Below, one piece after another: positions 43,754-57,639 of a DNA stretch of 64,000 nucleotides (positions within the stretch are counted from its first letter, which is position 1; each line of letters starts with the position of its first letter). The notes below the pieces were generated by a model. The model was given only the letters and a program-made list of their open reading frames with translations. It ran no database searches and was not told the DNA's origin. The position numbers were made by a program, and so were the translations under genes. The DNA comes from an uncultured delta proteobacterium (GTDB lineage: Bacteria > Desulfobacterota > Binatia > DP-6), in the NCBI GenBank assembly GCA_963815115.1, contig CAWFFN010000008.1, positions 544,001 through 608,000 of the forward strand. The letters run 5' to 3'.

Positions 43754-43768
43754 CCGCCACGCCCGCCG

Positions 43769-46222
43769 CTAGCGGCTGCCGAACGCCGTCATCGCCGCGA
43801 TGAAGAGATAGGCGTGCTCCCAGACGTGGGGCACGTCGTTCTCGGCGACGTAGTCGGGCGCGATGCCGTCGCCGTTCACGTCGAGCTGGTAGCGGCCGTA
43901 CTGCTCGCCCATGTGCAGCGTGCCCGGCGTGGTGAGCTCGCGCACGAAGAAGCGTACCTGGTCGCGCAGCTCCGCCAGCCCCGCGGCGTCGCCGGTGGCG
44001 CGGAAGCGCATGCCGCGCGCCACCAGGTTCTCGGCGTCATAGGCGCCGCTCGGCGCCGTACGGGTGAGGATCGGGTCGATCGAACGCTCGCGCAGCCACT
44101 GGGCGTGCGACAGGGCCAGCGGCTCGCCCGGGGCGAAGAGCTCGACCGGCCAGAGCAGCCAGCCCGGGCGATCGCCGCCCGCGCCGAGGTGCGCCGGCGG
44201 CCCGGGATCCAGGAAACGGGCGCGCAGGGCGGCCTCGAGCTCGCCGGCGCGGCTCTGCCAGGCGGCCGCCTCGGCCGGGTCGAAGCCGCAGTCGCCCGCA
44301 GCGGCGGTCGCGTTCTTCAGCGCGAGGAGGACGGTCTCGGCACCCTGCAGCCCCTGGGTGAGCGGGATGTTGTCGTCCTCGTTCGCCAAGCACTGGAGCC
44401 CGGTCTGCGGATCGCGGCAGGCTGCCAGGTTGGCGGCGCCGAGCCGGATGGCGGGGCAGACGTCGGCGAGATAGGCCGTCCGCTGGGCCGGGTCGGTCAG
44501 GTGCCGCGCGTGCTCCCACATGGTCCACACGCCGAGCCCCGCCTCGTCGATCTCGAAGGAGATCGGGTTGCCCGCCACGGCCTCGTCGGGATCGGCGTAG
44601 TAGTTGGTCTCGTACGTGCCCGCGGGGACGCACGCCGGATAGCTCGGGTGAGCCGGAGCGCACGTTCCGAAGTCGTAGAGGAGCGACCACGGCCCGGGCT
44701 CCTTGCGCTGCACCCGGGCGTAGAACCGGTTGTGCCGGCTCACCAGGTCGGTGTAGCCGGCCAGGTCGAGGGCGTAGTTGATGAAGGATCCGTCGCGCGG
44801 CCAGTCGGAGCCGTAGGGATTCTGCGTGTCGACGCTCGCGACGATGGCACCGCTCGCGTCGTCCGTCGCGGTGCGCGCGACCACCAGGCTCCGCCGCGCG
44901 AAGGCGGTGATGAGCGGGTCGTCGGTGTCGGGCAGGTGCGCCGGTGCGAGGAAATCCGCCCACCAGCGCTCGGTCGCCTCGCGCTGCGCCACCGGCGACT
45001 CGGCACGGGCGCTGCGCAGCAGCTCGTACGCCTGGTCGCGCGTTCCGGCGATGGCGATGTCGAAGGTCACGGTGGCGACGCCTTTCCGGAAGCGCAGCCG
45101 GCGCGCGAGGGCCGCGTTCGCCTGGCAGGCCGCGATCGGCGACCGGCCGAGCGCACCGTCCCGGGCGTCGTCGTACGCGCTGCGGGCCTCGTAGCGCCAG
45201 CCCTCCCGGGTGCGGCAGGCGCCCACCGGCCCGCCCGGATCGAGGACGGTCGCGGAGCACACGAACAGCCCGCGCGCGAAGGGCAGGAAGTCGGGCGGCA
45301 GGTTGAAGCTCGTGATGGCGCGCTCCGCCAGCTCGCTCTGGTGCGCACACATCGGCGCGTCGTCGAAGCCCACCTGGTAGCCGTCATCGCGCCGGCGCGC
45401 CCCGAAGGCGATGTACACGCCGGCCTCCGAGAGGCCGTCGAGAACCTGGCGCACCGTCCTCCGGAGCTTGTGCGCTCCCCGGGGCGGGTCGCGCAGCACG
45501 GGATTCACCGGTCCGTAGTCGTGCGGATAGCTCTGCGCGCTCGCGGGCAGGAACTGGAGCACCGCGCGCTGGCGCGTGTCGTACGCGGCGGCGTAGTCGT
45601 TCTGGAAGTCGAGCCCCCAGTCGGCGATGGGAAAGAACGGCAGGCGGGCCAGGGTCGGCGCGAAGTTGGTGTAGAACACCATCGTGCCGCCGCGAACCGG
45701 CGAGCCGCGCTCCCGCCGCACCTCGTAGTGGCTCACGAGCACGTCGCGGTCGGGCAGGACGAAGTGGCGGGCGGTCACGTGCAGCCCGAGCGCACGGTTC
45801 GACGCCTCGTCGACGAGCACGTCCGAGGTGTCGGCGGAATAGCGCTGATCGTGGGTCCAGTCGTCGTCGCGCAGCCACGTGAAGCCGCGGCCCTTCGCGG
45901 TCCGGTAGGCGATCCCCGGAAACGCGCCCTGGCTGTCGAGGGCGCCGAAGTGCGGCAGCGTGCGCGCCTCCGGCGCGTTGGACGACAGATAGTCGAGCTG
46001 ACCGTAGAAGCTCGGACCAGGCCACTTGAGCACCGTCAGCTCGCCGCAGCCCGAGAAGGCCGCCGTCAGCCGGCCGCTGCCCAGCGCGGCGTTCACGTTG
46101 GTGGCGCCGAGCTGGAGCTCGAACGGGTTGGGTGCATCGTGGGCCACCGGGAGCTGCGGACAGGCGAAGCTTTCCGTGGCCCATGCGAGGACTGCGAGGC
46201 AGGCGAGACGACGCAGGGACAT
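43769..46222 (-). CDS. secreted GH15-like (glucoamylase/six-hairpin) glycoside hydrolase
   Basis: GAIVAS, WPRDG, EIDE, GEQ and VPHVWEHA motifs. Confidence 0.75.
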   Translation of the reverse strand: MSLRRLACLAVLAWATESFACPQLPVAHDAPNPFELQLGATNVNAALGSGRLTAAFSGCGELTVLKWPGPSFYGQLDYLSSNAPEARTLPHFGALDSQGAFPGIAYRTAKGRGFTWLRDDDWTHDQRYSADTSDVLVDEASNRALGLHVTARHFVLPDRDVLVSHYEVRRERGSPVRGGTMVFYTNFAPTLARLPFFPIADWGLDFQNDYAAAYDTRQRAVLQFLPASAQSYPHDYGPVNPVLRDPPRGAHKLRRTVRQVLDGLSEAGVYIAFGARRRDDGYQVGFDDAPMCAHQSELAERAITSFNLPPDFLPFARGLFVCSATVLDPGGPVGACRTREGWRYEARSAYDDARDGALGRSPIAACQANAALARRLRFRKGVATVTFDIAIAGTRDQAYELLRSARAESPVAQREATERWWADFLAPAHLPDTDDPLITAFARRSLVVARTATDDASGAIVASVDTQNPYGSDWPRDGSFINYALDLAGYTDLVSRHNRFYARVQRKEPGPWSLLYDFGTCAPAHPSYPACVPAGTYETNYYADPDEAVAGNPISFEIDEAGLGVWTMWEHARHLTDPAQRTAYLADVCPAIRLGAANLAACRDPQTGLQCLANEDDNIPLTQGLQGAETVLLALKNATAAAGDCGFDPAEAAAWQSRAGELEAALRARFLDPGPPAHLGAGGDRPGWLLWPVELFAPGEPLALSHAQWLRERSIDPILTRTAPSGAYDAENLVARGMRFRATGDAAGLAELRDQVRFFVRELTTPGTLHMGEQYGRYQLDVNGDGIAPDYVAENDVPHVWEHAYLFIAAMTAFGSR

Positions 46223-46345
46223 GCGCGCGCTCTACCATGCCGTCGCCGGGGCGGGCCAGGAATTCGCGGGTCGTGCGATGCGGCGCCGCGGCGGCGAGCA
46301 CCGGGCGTCGTTGCGGTCTGCGGGCTCATGCTACAAGTCCGCGCC

Positions 46346-47524
<1,179 letters not shown>

Positions 47525-47526
47525 AG

Positions 47527-47788
47527 CGACCCGAGACTGCGTCTCGGGTCGGGGCGGACGGCGAGCATGAGGCCCGATGGCAGTGCGGACGTCGTGCCGC
47601 GGCCGGCGGAGCCGGCGCGGCAGTCGTCCGGCACGCCGAACCCCCGCCACCTGTGTGAGGGCCGCAGGAGGCGTCGGCAAGAACACGTGTGCCGCGCTGG
47701 CGTTGCCAGCCGCGGCACGGCGTTCGCCTGATCCACCGAACGCCACACGCTCGCTTCCGCATTCGACCCGAGACGGAGTCTCGGGTCG
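47527..47788. repeat. four-hairpin intergenic repeat, copy 3
   Basis: Perfect terminal palindromes at 47527-47551 and 47764-47788; inner arms at 47593-47622 and 47690-47719. Confidence 0.9.
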
Positions 47789-47795
47789 AGCTGCT

Positions 47796-48665
47796 CTAGC
47801 TGCGCGGCGGGGGCGGGAAGGCGCTGTGCTCGTGCACCTGGCTGTGCGGGCGCACCACCACCGTGCTGCCGACGTAGGCGCCCTGGTAGTCGCCGTTCGG
47901 GCCGAGCAGAACCGTCCCCGTGGGGGCGAACACGGTGCCGGCCACGACGGCGTGCGGTCCGGTACGGAACGCCGCGCCGGTGATGCCGGCCGCGATGTCG
48001 ATCCGCACGCGCTCGGCCATGAGCCCCTTCACCGCACCGAGCTGCGCCCTGGGACCGAGGCGGACGTTCTCCGCCACGCCGATGCGGCAGTCGGCCACGC
48101 AGACCACACGCGCCGCCGGGGCGAGACGGATCGAGCGCACCTGGTACGTGCCGCCGTCGAGCTGCAGCAGGGAACCCCGTCCGACCCTGATCGCGCCGTA
48201 GGCGCCCTGGGCGAGCGGGGCCGCCGACGAGCGCGGGCCGATCACCACGTCGCTGGCGCCGGGCGTGACCGCGACGGGCGCGAGCAGCGTGGGATCGACC
48301 ACCGGCGTGGTCAGCTGGAGGCATCCCGGGATCGGGGAGCCGCCCACCGTCGGACCGCCGACCACCCCCGGACCGAAGCCGGCACCCGAGACGATCTGAC
48401 AGAAGAGCCTTCCCACGCGCGCGCGACGCGCGACGCGCACCGACCCGCCCACCACCGTTCCGGGGACCTGTGCCGCGGTCGCAAGGCGAACGCTGCCCGC
48501 CGTCGCGCCGACGGCGCCGGGCTGCACGCGGGCCCCGGGACCGACGCGAACCTCGTTCACGCCGAGGACGGCGTAGGCGCGCAGGACGGGCTGCGACTGG
48601 GCAATGGCTGCGCCGCGGAGACCGATCAGCAGCGCGGCGAGGAGAACGGCACGGATCATCACCAT
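47796..48665 (-). CDS. secreted beta-solenoid-like hypothetical protein
   Basis: Signal peptide; YAVLG, GTYQVRSI and GTVFAPTGTVLL...YQGAYVG patterns reminiscent of beta-helical adhesin/DUF3494-like domains. Confidence 0.55.
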   Translation of the reverse strand: MVMIRAVLLAALLIGLRGAAIAQSQPVLRAYAVLGVNEVRVGPGARVQPGAVGATAGSVRLATAAQVPGTVVGGSVRVARRARVGRLFCQIVSGAGFGPGVVGGPTVGGSPIPGCLQLTTPVVDPTLLAPVAVTPGASDVVIGPRSSAAPLAQGAYGAIRVGRGSLLQLDGGTYQVRSIRLAPAARVVCVADCRIGVAENVRLGPRAQLGAVKGLMAERVRIDIAAGITGAAFRTGPHAVVAGTVFAPTGTVLLGPNGDYQGAYVGSTVVVRPHSQVHEHSAFPPPPRS

Positions 48666-48716
48666 GCCATCCTGCCACAGCCGCGCCCGACCGTCAGCCC
48701 GGACTTTCGGGCCGCT

Positions 48717-51710
48717 TCATCGCAATTGCATCGGCTTGTACTCGTACATGCGGAAGAGCACGGCCTGATCGCCCATGTGCGCGTCGGCCAGCCCGCTGCC
48801 GTCGGGCAGGTGGTGGATGAAGCCCGACTGGCCGGACGGGATCACGTTCTCCCCCACGATCCGCCGGCGCCCGACCTCGAGCGCCTGCATGTACGTGCTG
48901 CGGTTCTCCTCGGGCGCGCGGCCGAAGCTCGTCGGCTGCGTGCCGAACGAGAGGAAGTTGTTGGCGAAGTTGTCGAGGCAGTCGAAGTCGAGACTGGGTG
49001 GCGGCTGCCAGCCCCAGGAGCGCGGATCCGGGTTCCCGAAGCCCGGTGTCTGGACACTTCCCCCCGTGCACAGGCCGTAGCCCATCTGCGGCAGCGGGCC
49101 GGTGCCGGCGAGCAGGGCGATCGCGTCGTTCAAGCTCTGGACGATGATCTCGTCACGGTGGCCGCCGAAGTAGTCGCCGGTGAAGTGCTGCGGCACGCCC
49201 GAGGTGCTCGGCTCGAGCACGTGGAGGAACATGTTGTAGGTGGTCTCGTCGAGATAGTCGTTGCCGTCGATGGTGCGATCGCTGAAGTCGACGGTCCCGA
49301 CGAACGCGCCCGCGGGACTGCCGCCGGTGCTTCCGCCCCACAGGTTCTGCTTCAGCGCGTACCACCACTGGAAGAAGATCGACATCCCGGGCTGGCCGCG
49401 CGACGGGCTGTAGGTCGGGCCGTAGTGCCCATCCGGGTAGATGAGCGAGGGATCGTTCAGGTAGGCCAGCCACTCGTCCAGGACCGTGACCGCCGTGGCG
49501 AGCGTCGGATGCGCCGTCGGGTCGACCAGCGGGCTTCCCGCGGCGACGAGGGCGTCGTACGCTTCGCGGATGGCGGGCACGAGCGCCGGCGCCGCCGCCC
49601 GCACCGTATCGGTGCTGCCGTCCATCGAGCCGACGTCGCGCTCGATCTCCTGCGCGTCCTTCAGCGTCATCTGCGGGTTGTGGGCGAGCAGGAAGGCGAT
49701 GCGGTCGGAGCGGTAGATCGGCCCCCAGTGCTCGTCGTGGCTGTTGCCCTCCTGGATGTAGGGCCGGTCGGCCGGCTTGGTGTTCCAGTTGGCGAGGTAG
49801 CCCTGGGTCGGATTCGTCGAGACCAGGGAGCGGCTGAACGGCAGGTAGCGCTGCCCGCCGGGGTGCAGTCCCCACTCCTGGCTGCCCGAGCCGTCGGCGG
49901 GCAACCGGTCGTCGAACCCGGCGGGGAACGCGGGCCGTGCCCCGGCGCTCCAGTAGGCGATGTTGCCGCGCCGGTCGGCGTAGAAGAAGTTGTGCAGTGA
50001 AACCACCTGGTCGACCGAGGCCGCGAACTCGTCGAAGTTGCGGGCCAGGCCCTGGCCGAGGAAGCCCTGGACGGTGGATTGCTCGTTCTTCCAGTATGCC
50101 GTCTTGTAGGTGAAGGCGCGCGGCGGGGAGGCGCCGAGATCGAACTCGAGCACGTAACCGTGGAAGTGCGCCGGGTCGCAATCGTTGACGCGGAAGATGT
50201 TGAAGAGCAGCGGGCCGTCACCGATCGACGGACCGCCTGGCGCGTAGGCAGCGGGCCTGGACGAGTCCTCGCCGGCGAAATGGAACAGCTCGGTGCGCCG
50301 GTCCATCGGGTGATACGCGCCGTCGAGCAGGAAGGCGTACGAGGCGCTGTCGCTCTGGGGCTGGGGGAATGCCGGCGCCTGCAGGGTCTCCACGTAGAGC
50401 GTCGAGTTGTCGATCTCGCCCGAGGTCGTGGTGAAGGCGAACCGGGTGGTCTGACCGATCAGCACGCCCGGGACTCCGGCGATGAACATGCCGCCGGCCT
50501 TCATGCGCGGTGAAAGGATGTATCCCTCCCAGTCGATGTTCGGGTTGTCGAAGCCCTCCTGCGGTCCGCCCCAGAGGAGCGCGTTGCCGGAGGCGCTGCG
50601 CTCGGGTGAGACCACCCAGGCATTGCTGCCCGAGGTGATGAAGACGCCGAAGCGGCGGTTGAGCTCGCGCGCGTGCCGCTCGAGCCGGTCGGCCGCGCTC
50701 AACCCGCGCAGGATCGTACCCGGTGCGAGCTCGCTCAAGAACGCGTGCTGGGCGCCGAGCGGGTCATCGCCCGACGCGGCGAGGACCGGCGAGGGCCCGA
50801 GCAGGAGCCGCAGGCCATCGGCCAGCCGGAACGGCAAACGGATGGGCGTCGCGTCGGCGAGCGGGATGGGCGTCCGCCCGCCCTTCACGGGCGTGATCGC
50901 CCCGTGCGCCGGGATGGTCGTCGGGCTGCTGGGATCGCGAATCCAGCGCACGTCCTCGAAGACGTCGCGGGCCGCAGCCGCCGCCGTCTTCCCGGCCGGC
51001 GCGCCGGTGCGGGCGAAGTACTCGGTGAGGTAGTCGAGAAGCGCCGCCTGGCGGAGCTGGCGCCCGCCGCCACTGCCGAAGCGGCCGGCGAGCAGGCCGC
51101 CGATGGCGGCGACGTCGGTGACCCGCCACGGGTCGGGCTTGAAGACCTCGCGGCCCCCGATGAACTCGATCGTGTAGCGCACCCCGCTCGGGATCTGACC
51201 GTTGCCGGCGCCGCGCACGATCGTCGGGAGGAGGAAGAACTCGTGCGGCACTTCGGCCAGCGTCGTGTCCGCGTAGATGGAGGCGACGTGCGCGTTCACG
51301 CCGTCGACGAAGCCCTGCACGAGCGACTGCGTGTCGCAGGGGAGCGTCGACACCAGGTACTGCCGCTCCTCCTCGGAGTAGAACTGCAGGCGCGTGTCCT
51401 CGTCGTCGCCGAGGAAGCTCTGCCCGCCGATCTCCGCCAGGTTTCCGGTGGCCGACTTGCGCACGAACTCCATCTGGAAGAGGCGGTCCTCGGCCTGGGC
51501 GATGCCGGTGGCGTAGCCCACCTCGTAGAGGCTGCGTGCCTTGATGTGGGGCACGCCGTACCCGTCGCGCGTGATCCGGTAGCGCGGGCGCGCGGGCGCC
51601 CGCGCCGGACACGCGTGCGGCGTTCCGCCGACGTTGGCGGTGCAGATCGCCAGCGCGTGACCCGTGAGCACGACCAGCAGACATCCGGCGACGACGGCGT
51701 GTCGAGTCAT
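48717..51710 (-). CDS. penicillin acylase family (S45) Ntn hydrolase, secreted
   Basis: RDGYGVPHI, AEDRLFQM, GSNAW nucleophile and NWNTKP motifs. Confidence 0.9.
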   Translation of the reverse strand: MTRHAVVAGCLLVVLTGHALAICTANVGGTPHACPARAPARPRYRITRDGYGVPHIKARSLYEVGYATGIAQAEDRLFQMEFVRKSATGNLAEIGGQSFLGDDEDTRLQFYSEEERQYLVSTLPCDTQSLVQGFVDGVNAHVASIYADTTLAEVPHEFFLLPTIVRGAGNGQIPSGVRYTIEFIGGREVFKPDPWRVTDVAAIGGLLAGRFGSGGGRQLRQAALLDYLTEYFARTGAPAGKTAAAAARDVFEDVRWIRDPSSPTTIPAHGAITPVKGGRTPIPLADATPIRLPFRLADGLRLLLGPSPVLAASGDDPLGAQHAFLSELAPGTILRGLSAADRLERHARELNRRFGVFITSGSNAWVVSPERSASGNALLWGGPQEGFDNPNIDWEGYILSPRMKAGGMFIAGVPGVLIGQTTRFAFTTTSGEIDNSTLYVETLQAPAFPQPQSDSASYAFLLDGAYHPMDRRTELFHFAGEDSSRPAAYAPGGPSIGDGPLLFNIFRVNDCDPAHFHGYVLEFDLGASPPRAFTYKTAYWKNEQSTVQGFLGQGLARNFDEFAASVDQVVSLHNFFYADRRGNIAYWSAGARPAFPAGFDDRLPADGSGSQEWGLHPGGQRYLPFSRSLVSTNPTQGYLANWNTKPADRPYIQEGNSHDEHWGPIYRSDRIAFLLAHNPQMTLKDAQEIERDVGSMDGSTDTVRAAAPALVPAIREAYDALVAAGSPLVDPTAHPTLATAVTVLDEWLAYLNDPSLIYPDGHYGPTYSPSRGQPGMSIFFQWWYALKQNLWGGSTGGSPAGAFVGTVDFSDRTIDGNDYLDETTYNMFLHVLEPSTSGVPQHFTGDYFGGHRDEIIVQSLNDAIALLAGTGPLPQMGYGLCTGGSVQTPGFGNPDPRSWGWQPPPSLDFDCLDNFANNFLSFGTQPTSFGRAPEENRSTYMQALEVGRRRIVGENVIPSGQSGFIHHLPDGSGLADAHMGDQAVLFRMYEYKPMQLR

Positions 51711-51781
51711 ACCGCCTCTTCGCGCCGCGCGTCCCCTCCGTCAAGGCACGGCGCGGCGCCGGGCCCACGCCCGGCCGCCGG

Positions 51782-52950
<1,169 letters not shown>

Positions 52951-52954
<4 letters not shown>

Positions 52955-53928
52955 GACCGCCGCCGCACGGCCCGCACGGCCGTGCCGCTGGCGAGCGCCT
53001 CCTCGAGCGCGACGGAGAGCCGCTCGAGCGCCTCGGTGCCGAACTCCTCGACGAAGAGGAACGGCAGCTCGATCATCGGGGCCGGGGCGGTCCCCGCACG
53101 CAGGCGCTCGAGGTTCGCCTGGTTGATGGCCGCCCACCCGCTCTCCTCCGCCGCGCGCTCGGCGACGCAGCCGAGCAGCCCGCGCGCGCCGGTCGCGTTG
53201 CGCGCGGCGGCCTCGAGGGCGGCGATCACCTCGGGCGCGAAGCGCCGGCGGTGAAGCCGGTTGACCACCACCCAGCCGAGCGGCATCTGCAGCGTCTCGC
53301 GGAGCTGGGTGGTGGTCTCGAGCGTCTCCGCCACCGGCATCTCCTCGGCCAGCGTCACGAGGTGAACGGCAGTGGTCTCGCCGTCCTGCAGCAACCCCAC
53401 GATCTTCGCCGCTTCACGCTGCACCAGGCCCGCGCCGAAGGTGTCGCGCGCCGCCTGCGGCATGCGGAGGTACTGCAGGCTGTGTCCGGTCGCGGGCGCG
53501 TCGACCACGATCGTGTCCCAGGCCGGTCCGGCACTGCCCTGCCGGGTCGCCTCGTACCAGATCTTGCCGACCGTCATCAGCTCCTTCAGGCCCGGCGCCG
53601 CCGCCACGAAGTACTGGTAGATGCGACTCGAGAAGACGGTCTGCAGCAAGCGCTTCACGGGGATGACCAGCCCGAGGTACTCCTCGAGTGCGGCCCGCCC
53701 ATCCACCGAGAGCACGTGCAGGCCGGGAGCGACGGGGCGCGCGACGGGCGCTGCTCCGTCGGAGCCGAGCAGCGCCGGAAGGCCACCCGTCGAGTCCATC
53801 TCCACCGCGAGCGTGCGCCGGCCGCTGCGCGCCAGGAGCAGCGCCAGCGCGGCCGCTACCGTGGTCTTGCCGACGCCGCCCTTGCCGACGACGAAGTGCA
53901 ACCGCCGCTCGAGCAGCGAGCCGGGCAT
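52951..53928 (-). CDS. ArsA/Get3-like ATPase, subunit 1
   Basis: GKGGVGKTT, APGLKE, DAPATGH and EEMPVAET motifs. Confidence 0.9.
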
Positions 53929-55193
53929 CAGTCGACCCGGCGTATGGCCAGGGAGACGTTCGTGCCCCCGAACCCGAAGGAGTTCGAGAGCGCGACCTCG
54001 ACCGTGGCCTTGCGCGCGGTATGCGCCACATAGTCGAGGTCGCACGCCGGATCGGGGTCGTCCAGGTTGATCGTGGGCGGGAGGATGCCACGTGCGACGG
54101 CCAGGACCGTGTAGATGGCCTCGACGGCGCCGGCGGCGCCGAGCGTATGGCCGGTCATCGACTTGGTGGAGCTCACCGCGAGGCGGGGCGCATACTCGCC
54201 GAACAGGCGCTTGATCGCCCGGGTCTCTGCCTCGTCGTTGTGCGGCGTACCCGTGCCGTGCGCGTTGATGTAGCCCACCGCGTCCGGCGTCACGCCGGCG
54301 TCGACCAGGGCCTGCGCCATGCACTCGGCCGCTCCTTCGCCACCGGGCGAGGGCTGCGTCATGTGATAGGCGTCGCAGTTGGCGCCGAAGCCCGCGACTT
54401 CCGCCAGGATGTGCGCGCCGCGCTTCCGGGCATGATCGAGCTCCTCCAGCACCAGCATGCCGGCACCCTCCGCGACCACGAAGCCCTCGCGGCCACGATC
54501 GAAGGGCCGGCTGGCCCGGACGGGATCGTCGTTGTAGCCGGTGGCGAGGGCGCGCATGGCAATGAACCCGCCGACGCCGAGCAGACAGACGGGCGCCTCG
54601 GCGCCGCCGGCGAGGATGATGTCCTGGCGGCCGTCGCGGATGTGCAGCACGGCGTCGCTGATGGCGTGCGCGCCCGACGCGCAGGCGCTCGTCGTCGCAT
54701 AGCTCGGACCGCGCGCGCCGTAGCGCATCGCGATGTGTCCGGAGGCCATGTTGGGGATCAGCTTGGGAATGAAGAAGGGCGACACCCGGCGCACGTCCTG
54801 GGTGGCGAAGTGGTGGTAGGCCGCCTCGAGACTCTCGAGACCGCCCATGCCAACGCCCACGATCACCCCGGCCCGCTCCGGGCGGTCGAACGGCGCCGGC
54901 AGACCGGACTCCTCCATCGCCATCTGGGCGGCGGCGACGGCATACTGGATGAAGACGTCCATCTTCTTCAGGTCCTTGCGCTCGATGAAGCGCTCGGACT
55001 CGAAGTCGGGCACCTCGCCCGCGATGCGAACCGCCAGGTTGGAGGCGTCGAAGCGCCTGATCTCACGCACCCCCGAGCGCCCGGCCACCAGCGCCTCCCA
55101 GTTGCGTTCCGTGCCCGTCCCGAGCGGCGTGACGAGACCGACCCCCGTCACCACCACCCGCCGTCGCGTGCCGTTCGCGTGCAGAATCGCCAT
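53928..55193 (-). CDS. fabF: beta-ketoacyl-ACP synthase II
   Basis: VVVTG, SACASG, NAHGTGT, KSMTGH and SNSFGFGG motifs. Confidence 0.95.
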   Translation of the reverse strand: MAILHANGTRRRVVVTGVGLVTPLGTGTERNWEALVAGRSGVREIRRFDASNLAVRIAGEVPDFESERFIERKDLKKMDVFIQYAVAAAQMAMEESGLPAPFDRPERAGVIVGVGMGGLESLEAAYHHFATQDVRRVSPFFIPKLIPNMASGHIAMRYGARGPSYATTSACASGAHAISDAVLHIRDGRQDIILAGGAEAPVCLLGVGGFIAMRALATGYNDDPVRASRPFDRGREGFVVAEGAGMLVLEELDHARKRGAHILAEVAGFGANCDAYHMTQPSPGGEGAAECMAQALVDAGVTPDAVGYINAHGTGTPHNDEAETRAIKRLFGEYAPRLAVSSTKSMTGHTLGAAGAVEAIYTVLAVARGILPPTINLDDPDPACDLDYVAHTARKATVEVALSNSFGFGGTNVSLAIRRVD

Positions 55194-55216
55194 GCTAGGA
55201 GCGCGCCGCGGGGGAG

Positions 55217-55975
55217 TCAAGGAAACGTTCCGAGACGGCCGAGCCCTCGTCGCCAGAGCGCAAGATAGAGCACCACGGTGCTCACCACCAGTGCGGCTGC
55301 GACCAGGTCGCCGATCCCGGGCGCCGGCCGTGGAAAGCGGGTGCGCGGCCGGCCCGAGTTGAAGCCCCGCAGCTCCAGCGACATCGCCATCCAGTCGGCC
55401 CGGCGGAGCGCCCCGATGAACACCGGCACGATCACCGGCCCGAAGTGCTTGAGGCGCGTGAGCGGTCCGCCGCGCCGCAGATCGAGCCCGCGACAGCGCT
55501 GGGCCTGCACGATGGTGACGGCCGACTCGAAGAACACCGGCACCAGCCGAAAGGCGAGCGTGAGCGTGAACCCCACGAGATAGGGCACGCCGAGGCGGCG
55601 CAGCCCGTAGGCCACCTCTTCCACGCGCGTGGTGGTGAGGAAGAGCAGCCCCGTGACCAGGAACGTGCACAGGCGGATCCCCATCGAGATGCCGTACTCC
55701 AGGCCCTGCTCGCGCGTGGCGGCTCCGTAGAAGAACGTCCAGATGATCACCGTGACCACGAACACGATGACCAGCGCCGGTGTGAAGCGCCTGAGGTTCG
55801 GCAGCCCGCCGGCAAGCAGGAGGAACACCGTCACCGGCAGCCCGAGGGCGGCCAGCAGCACGGGGCGGTCGACCACGAAGGCGGCCACGACCAGACCGAA
55901 CAGCGCCAGGAGCTTGGTCACGGGATGGAGGCGATGGACGAACGTCGCCGCCGGCACGTAGAGGGTGAGGGTCAT
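55217..55975 (-). CDS. ecfT: ECF transporter T component
   Basis: [15 protein letters not shown] and LELRG motifs. Confidence 0.88.
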   Translation of the reverse strand: MTLTLYVPAATFVHRLHPVTKLLALFGLVVAAFVVDRPVLLAALGLPVTVFLLLAGGLPNLRRFTPALVIVFVVTVIIWTFFYGAATREQGLEYGISMGIRLCTFLVTGLLFLTTTRVEEVAYGLRRLGVPYLVGFTLTLAFRLVPVFFESAVTIVQAQRCRGLDLRRGGPLTRLKHFGPVIVPVFIGALRRADWMAMSLELRGFNSGRPRTRFPRPAPGIGDLVAAALVVSTVVLYLALWRRGLGRLGTFP

Positions 55976-57639
55976 CGCGTCCCGTCCTCCTGCAGCCACG
56001 AGACCAGCTCGTCGACGGACAGCGGCGTGCAGCCGAGCGCCTGCCCGAGCAGGGTCACCTCGGGAGCGCGGAACGCGGCCTCGGCGACCCGCGCCGGGTC
56101 GGCGAAGAAGTCGCGCACGCTGCCGTCGAAGCGCAGCCGGCCCTGCGCCAGCAGCAGCACGCGCTCGGCATACTCCGCGATCACCCAGGGCGTGTGCGTG
56201 ATCACCAGCACCGTGCGGCCGGCCTGCCGGAGCGTGCGCAGCAGCTCGAGCATGCGGCGCTGCTCCTGCCAGTCGAGGCCGGTCGTCGGCTCGTCGAGCA
56301 CGAGGACCTCGGGTCGCAGCGCGAGCACGGACGCCACCGCCAGGCGCTGGCGCGCACCCTTGTCGAGCAGGAACGGATCCGCATCGCGTCCCGCGAGGCC
56401 GACGGCCGCGAGCGCTTCCTCCACCCGGAGCGCCACCTCGACGGCGGGAAGTCCCAGGTTCCGCGGGCCGAAGGCCACCTCGTCCTCGACGGTGGCTGCG
56501 AAGAGCTGGTGGTCGGGATCCTGGAACACGAATCCCACGCGCTGGGCGATCTCCTCCAGCGGACAGGCGGCGACGTCGCGTCCCTCGAGCCGCACCGCGC
56601 CGGTGGTGGCACGCAGGAGCCCGTTCAGGTGCTTGGCGAGCGTCGTCTTGCCGGAGCCGTTGCGGCCGATGAGCGCGACCAGCTCGCCGCGGCCGATCGT
56701 GAAGCTCACGTCGGTCAATGCCTCGCGCCCGTCGGCGAAGCGGTACCCGAGGCGCTCGACGACGAGCACGGAGGCGCCGCGCCGCGGCGCCGGAGGGAGG
56801 GTCGGAGCGCGGGCGATCCGCCCTGCCGCCCGCAGCCGCTCCGCCGCCTCGGCGACGTCGAGCGGCGGCGCCGACTCGTGGACGGCGTCGAAGACGCGGC
56901 ACACGTCGTGCGGCCGCACGCCCGCCGCGGCGCAGGACTGGACGTCGGCCAGCACCGACGCCGGCGGGCCGCTGGCCACCACGCGGCCGGCGGCGAGCAG
57001 CACGAGGTGGTCGGCAGCCGCCGCGGCGCCGACGTCGTGCTCGATCAAGAGCACCGCGACCCCCTCGCGGCGGAGACCGGCCAGCACCGCGAACACCTCG
57101 GCGCGCCCCACCGGGTCGAGGTCGGTGGTCGGCTCGTCGAGCACCAGGATGGGCGGGCGCAGCGCCAGGAGGCCGGCGATCGCGAGCCGCTGCTTCTCGC
57201 CTCCCGACAGCGTCCCGGGATCACGCCCCTCGAAGCCGGTGAGCCCGACGGCGGCGAGCGCGTCACGCACCCGGGGCGCCATCTCGCGCGGCGGGACGCC
57301 CGTCTGCTCGAGGGCGAAGACGACTTCCTGCGTGACGTCGGTGGAGAAGAGCTGCGCCTCGAAGTCCTGGAACACCATCCCGATCAGCCCGGCCAGCTCC
57401 GCGACGCGGCGGCCCGCGATCGACTCACCCTCGAGGCGGACGTCTCCGTGCACCTCGCCGGCCAGGAAGCACGGGACGATGTTGGTGAGGCAGCGCGCCA
57501 GCGTGGTCTTCCCCGCCCCGGTGGCGCCCATGACGACGGTGAGGGTCCCGGCAGGCACCGAGCAGTCGACGCCGGAGAGCGCCGGCCGCCCGGCGTCGGC
57601 GTAGGTGCAGCCGAGACCCTGGACCGCGATCCCGGACAT
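55972..57639 (-). CDS. ECF transporter fused double ATPase
   Basis: Two Walker A motifs ([16 protein letters not shown]), LSGGEKQR and two DEPT motifs. Confidence 0.9.
   Translation of the reverse strand: MSGIAVQGLGCTYADAGRPALSGVDCSVPAGTLTVVMGATGAGKTTLARCLTNIVPCFLAGEVHGDVRLEGESIAGRRVAELAGLIGMVFQDFEAQLFSTDVTQEVVFALEQTGVPPREMAPRVRDALAAVGLTGFEGRDPGTLSGGEKQRLAIAGLLALRPPILVLDEPTTDLDPVGRAEVFAVLAGLRREGVAVLLIEHDVGAAAAADHLVLLAAGRVVASGPPASVLADVQSCAAAGVRPHDVCRVFDAVHESAPPLDVAEAAERLRAAGRIARAPTLPPAPRRGASVLVVERLGYRFADGREALTDVSFTIGRGELVALIGRNGSGKTTLAKHLNGLLRATTGAVRLEGRDVAACPLEEIAQRVGFVFQDPDHQLFAATVEDEVAFGPRNLGLPAVEVALRVEEALAAVGLAGRDADPFLLDKGARQRLAVASVLALRPEVLVLDEPTTGLDWQEQRRMLELLRTLRQAGRTVLVITHTPWVIAEYAERVLLLAQGRLRFDGSVRDFFADPARVAEAAFRAPEVTLLGQALGCTPLSVDELVSWLQEDGTR

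Noticed and set aside
43814-46345. N-terminal part of the 1236-aa ORF and many other long overlapping ORFs
   Set aside because: Antisense or alternate-frame shadows of real genes in high-GC DNA; Arg/Pro/Ala-rich with no motifs
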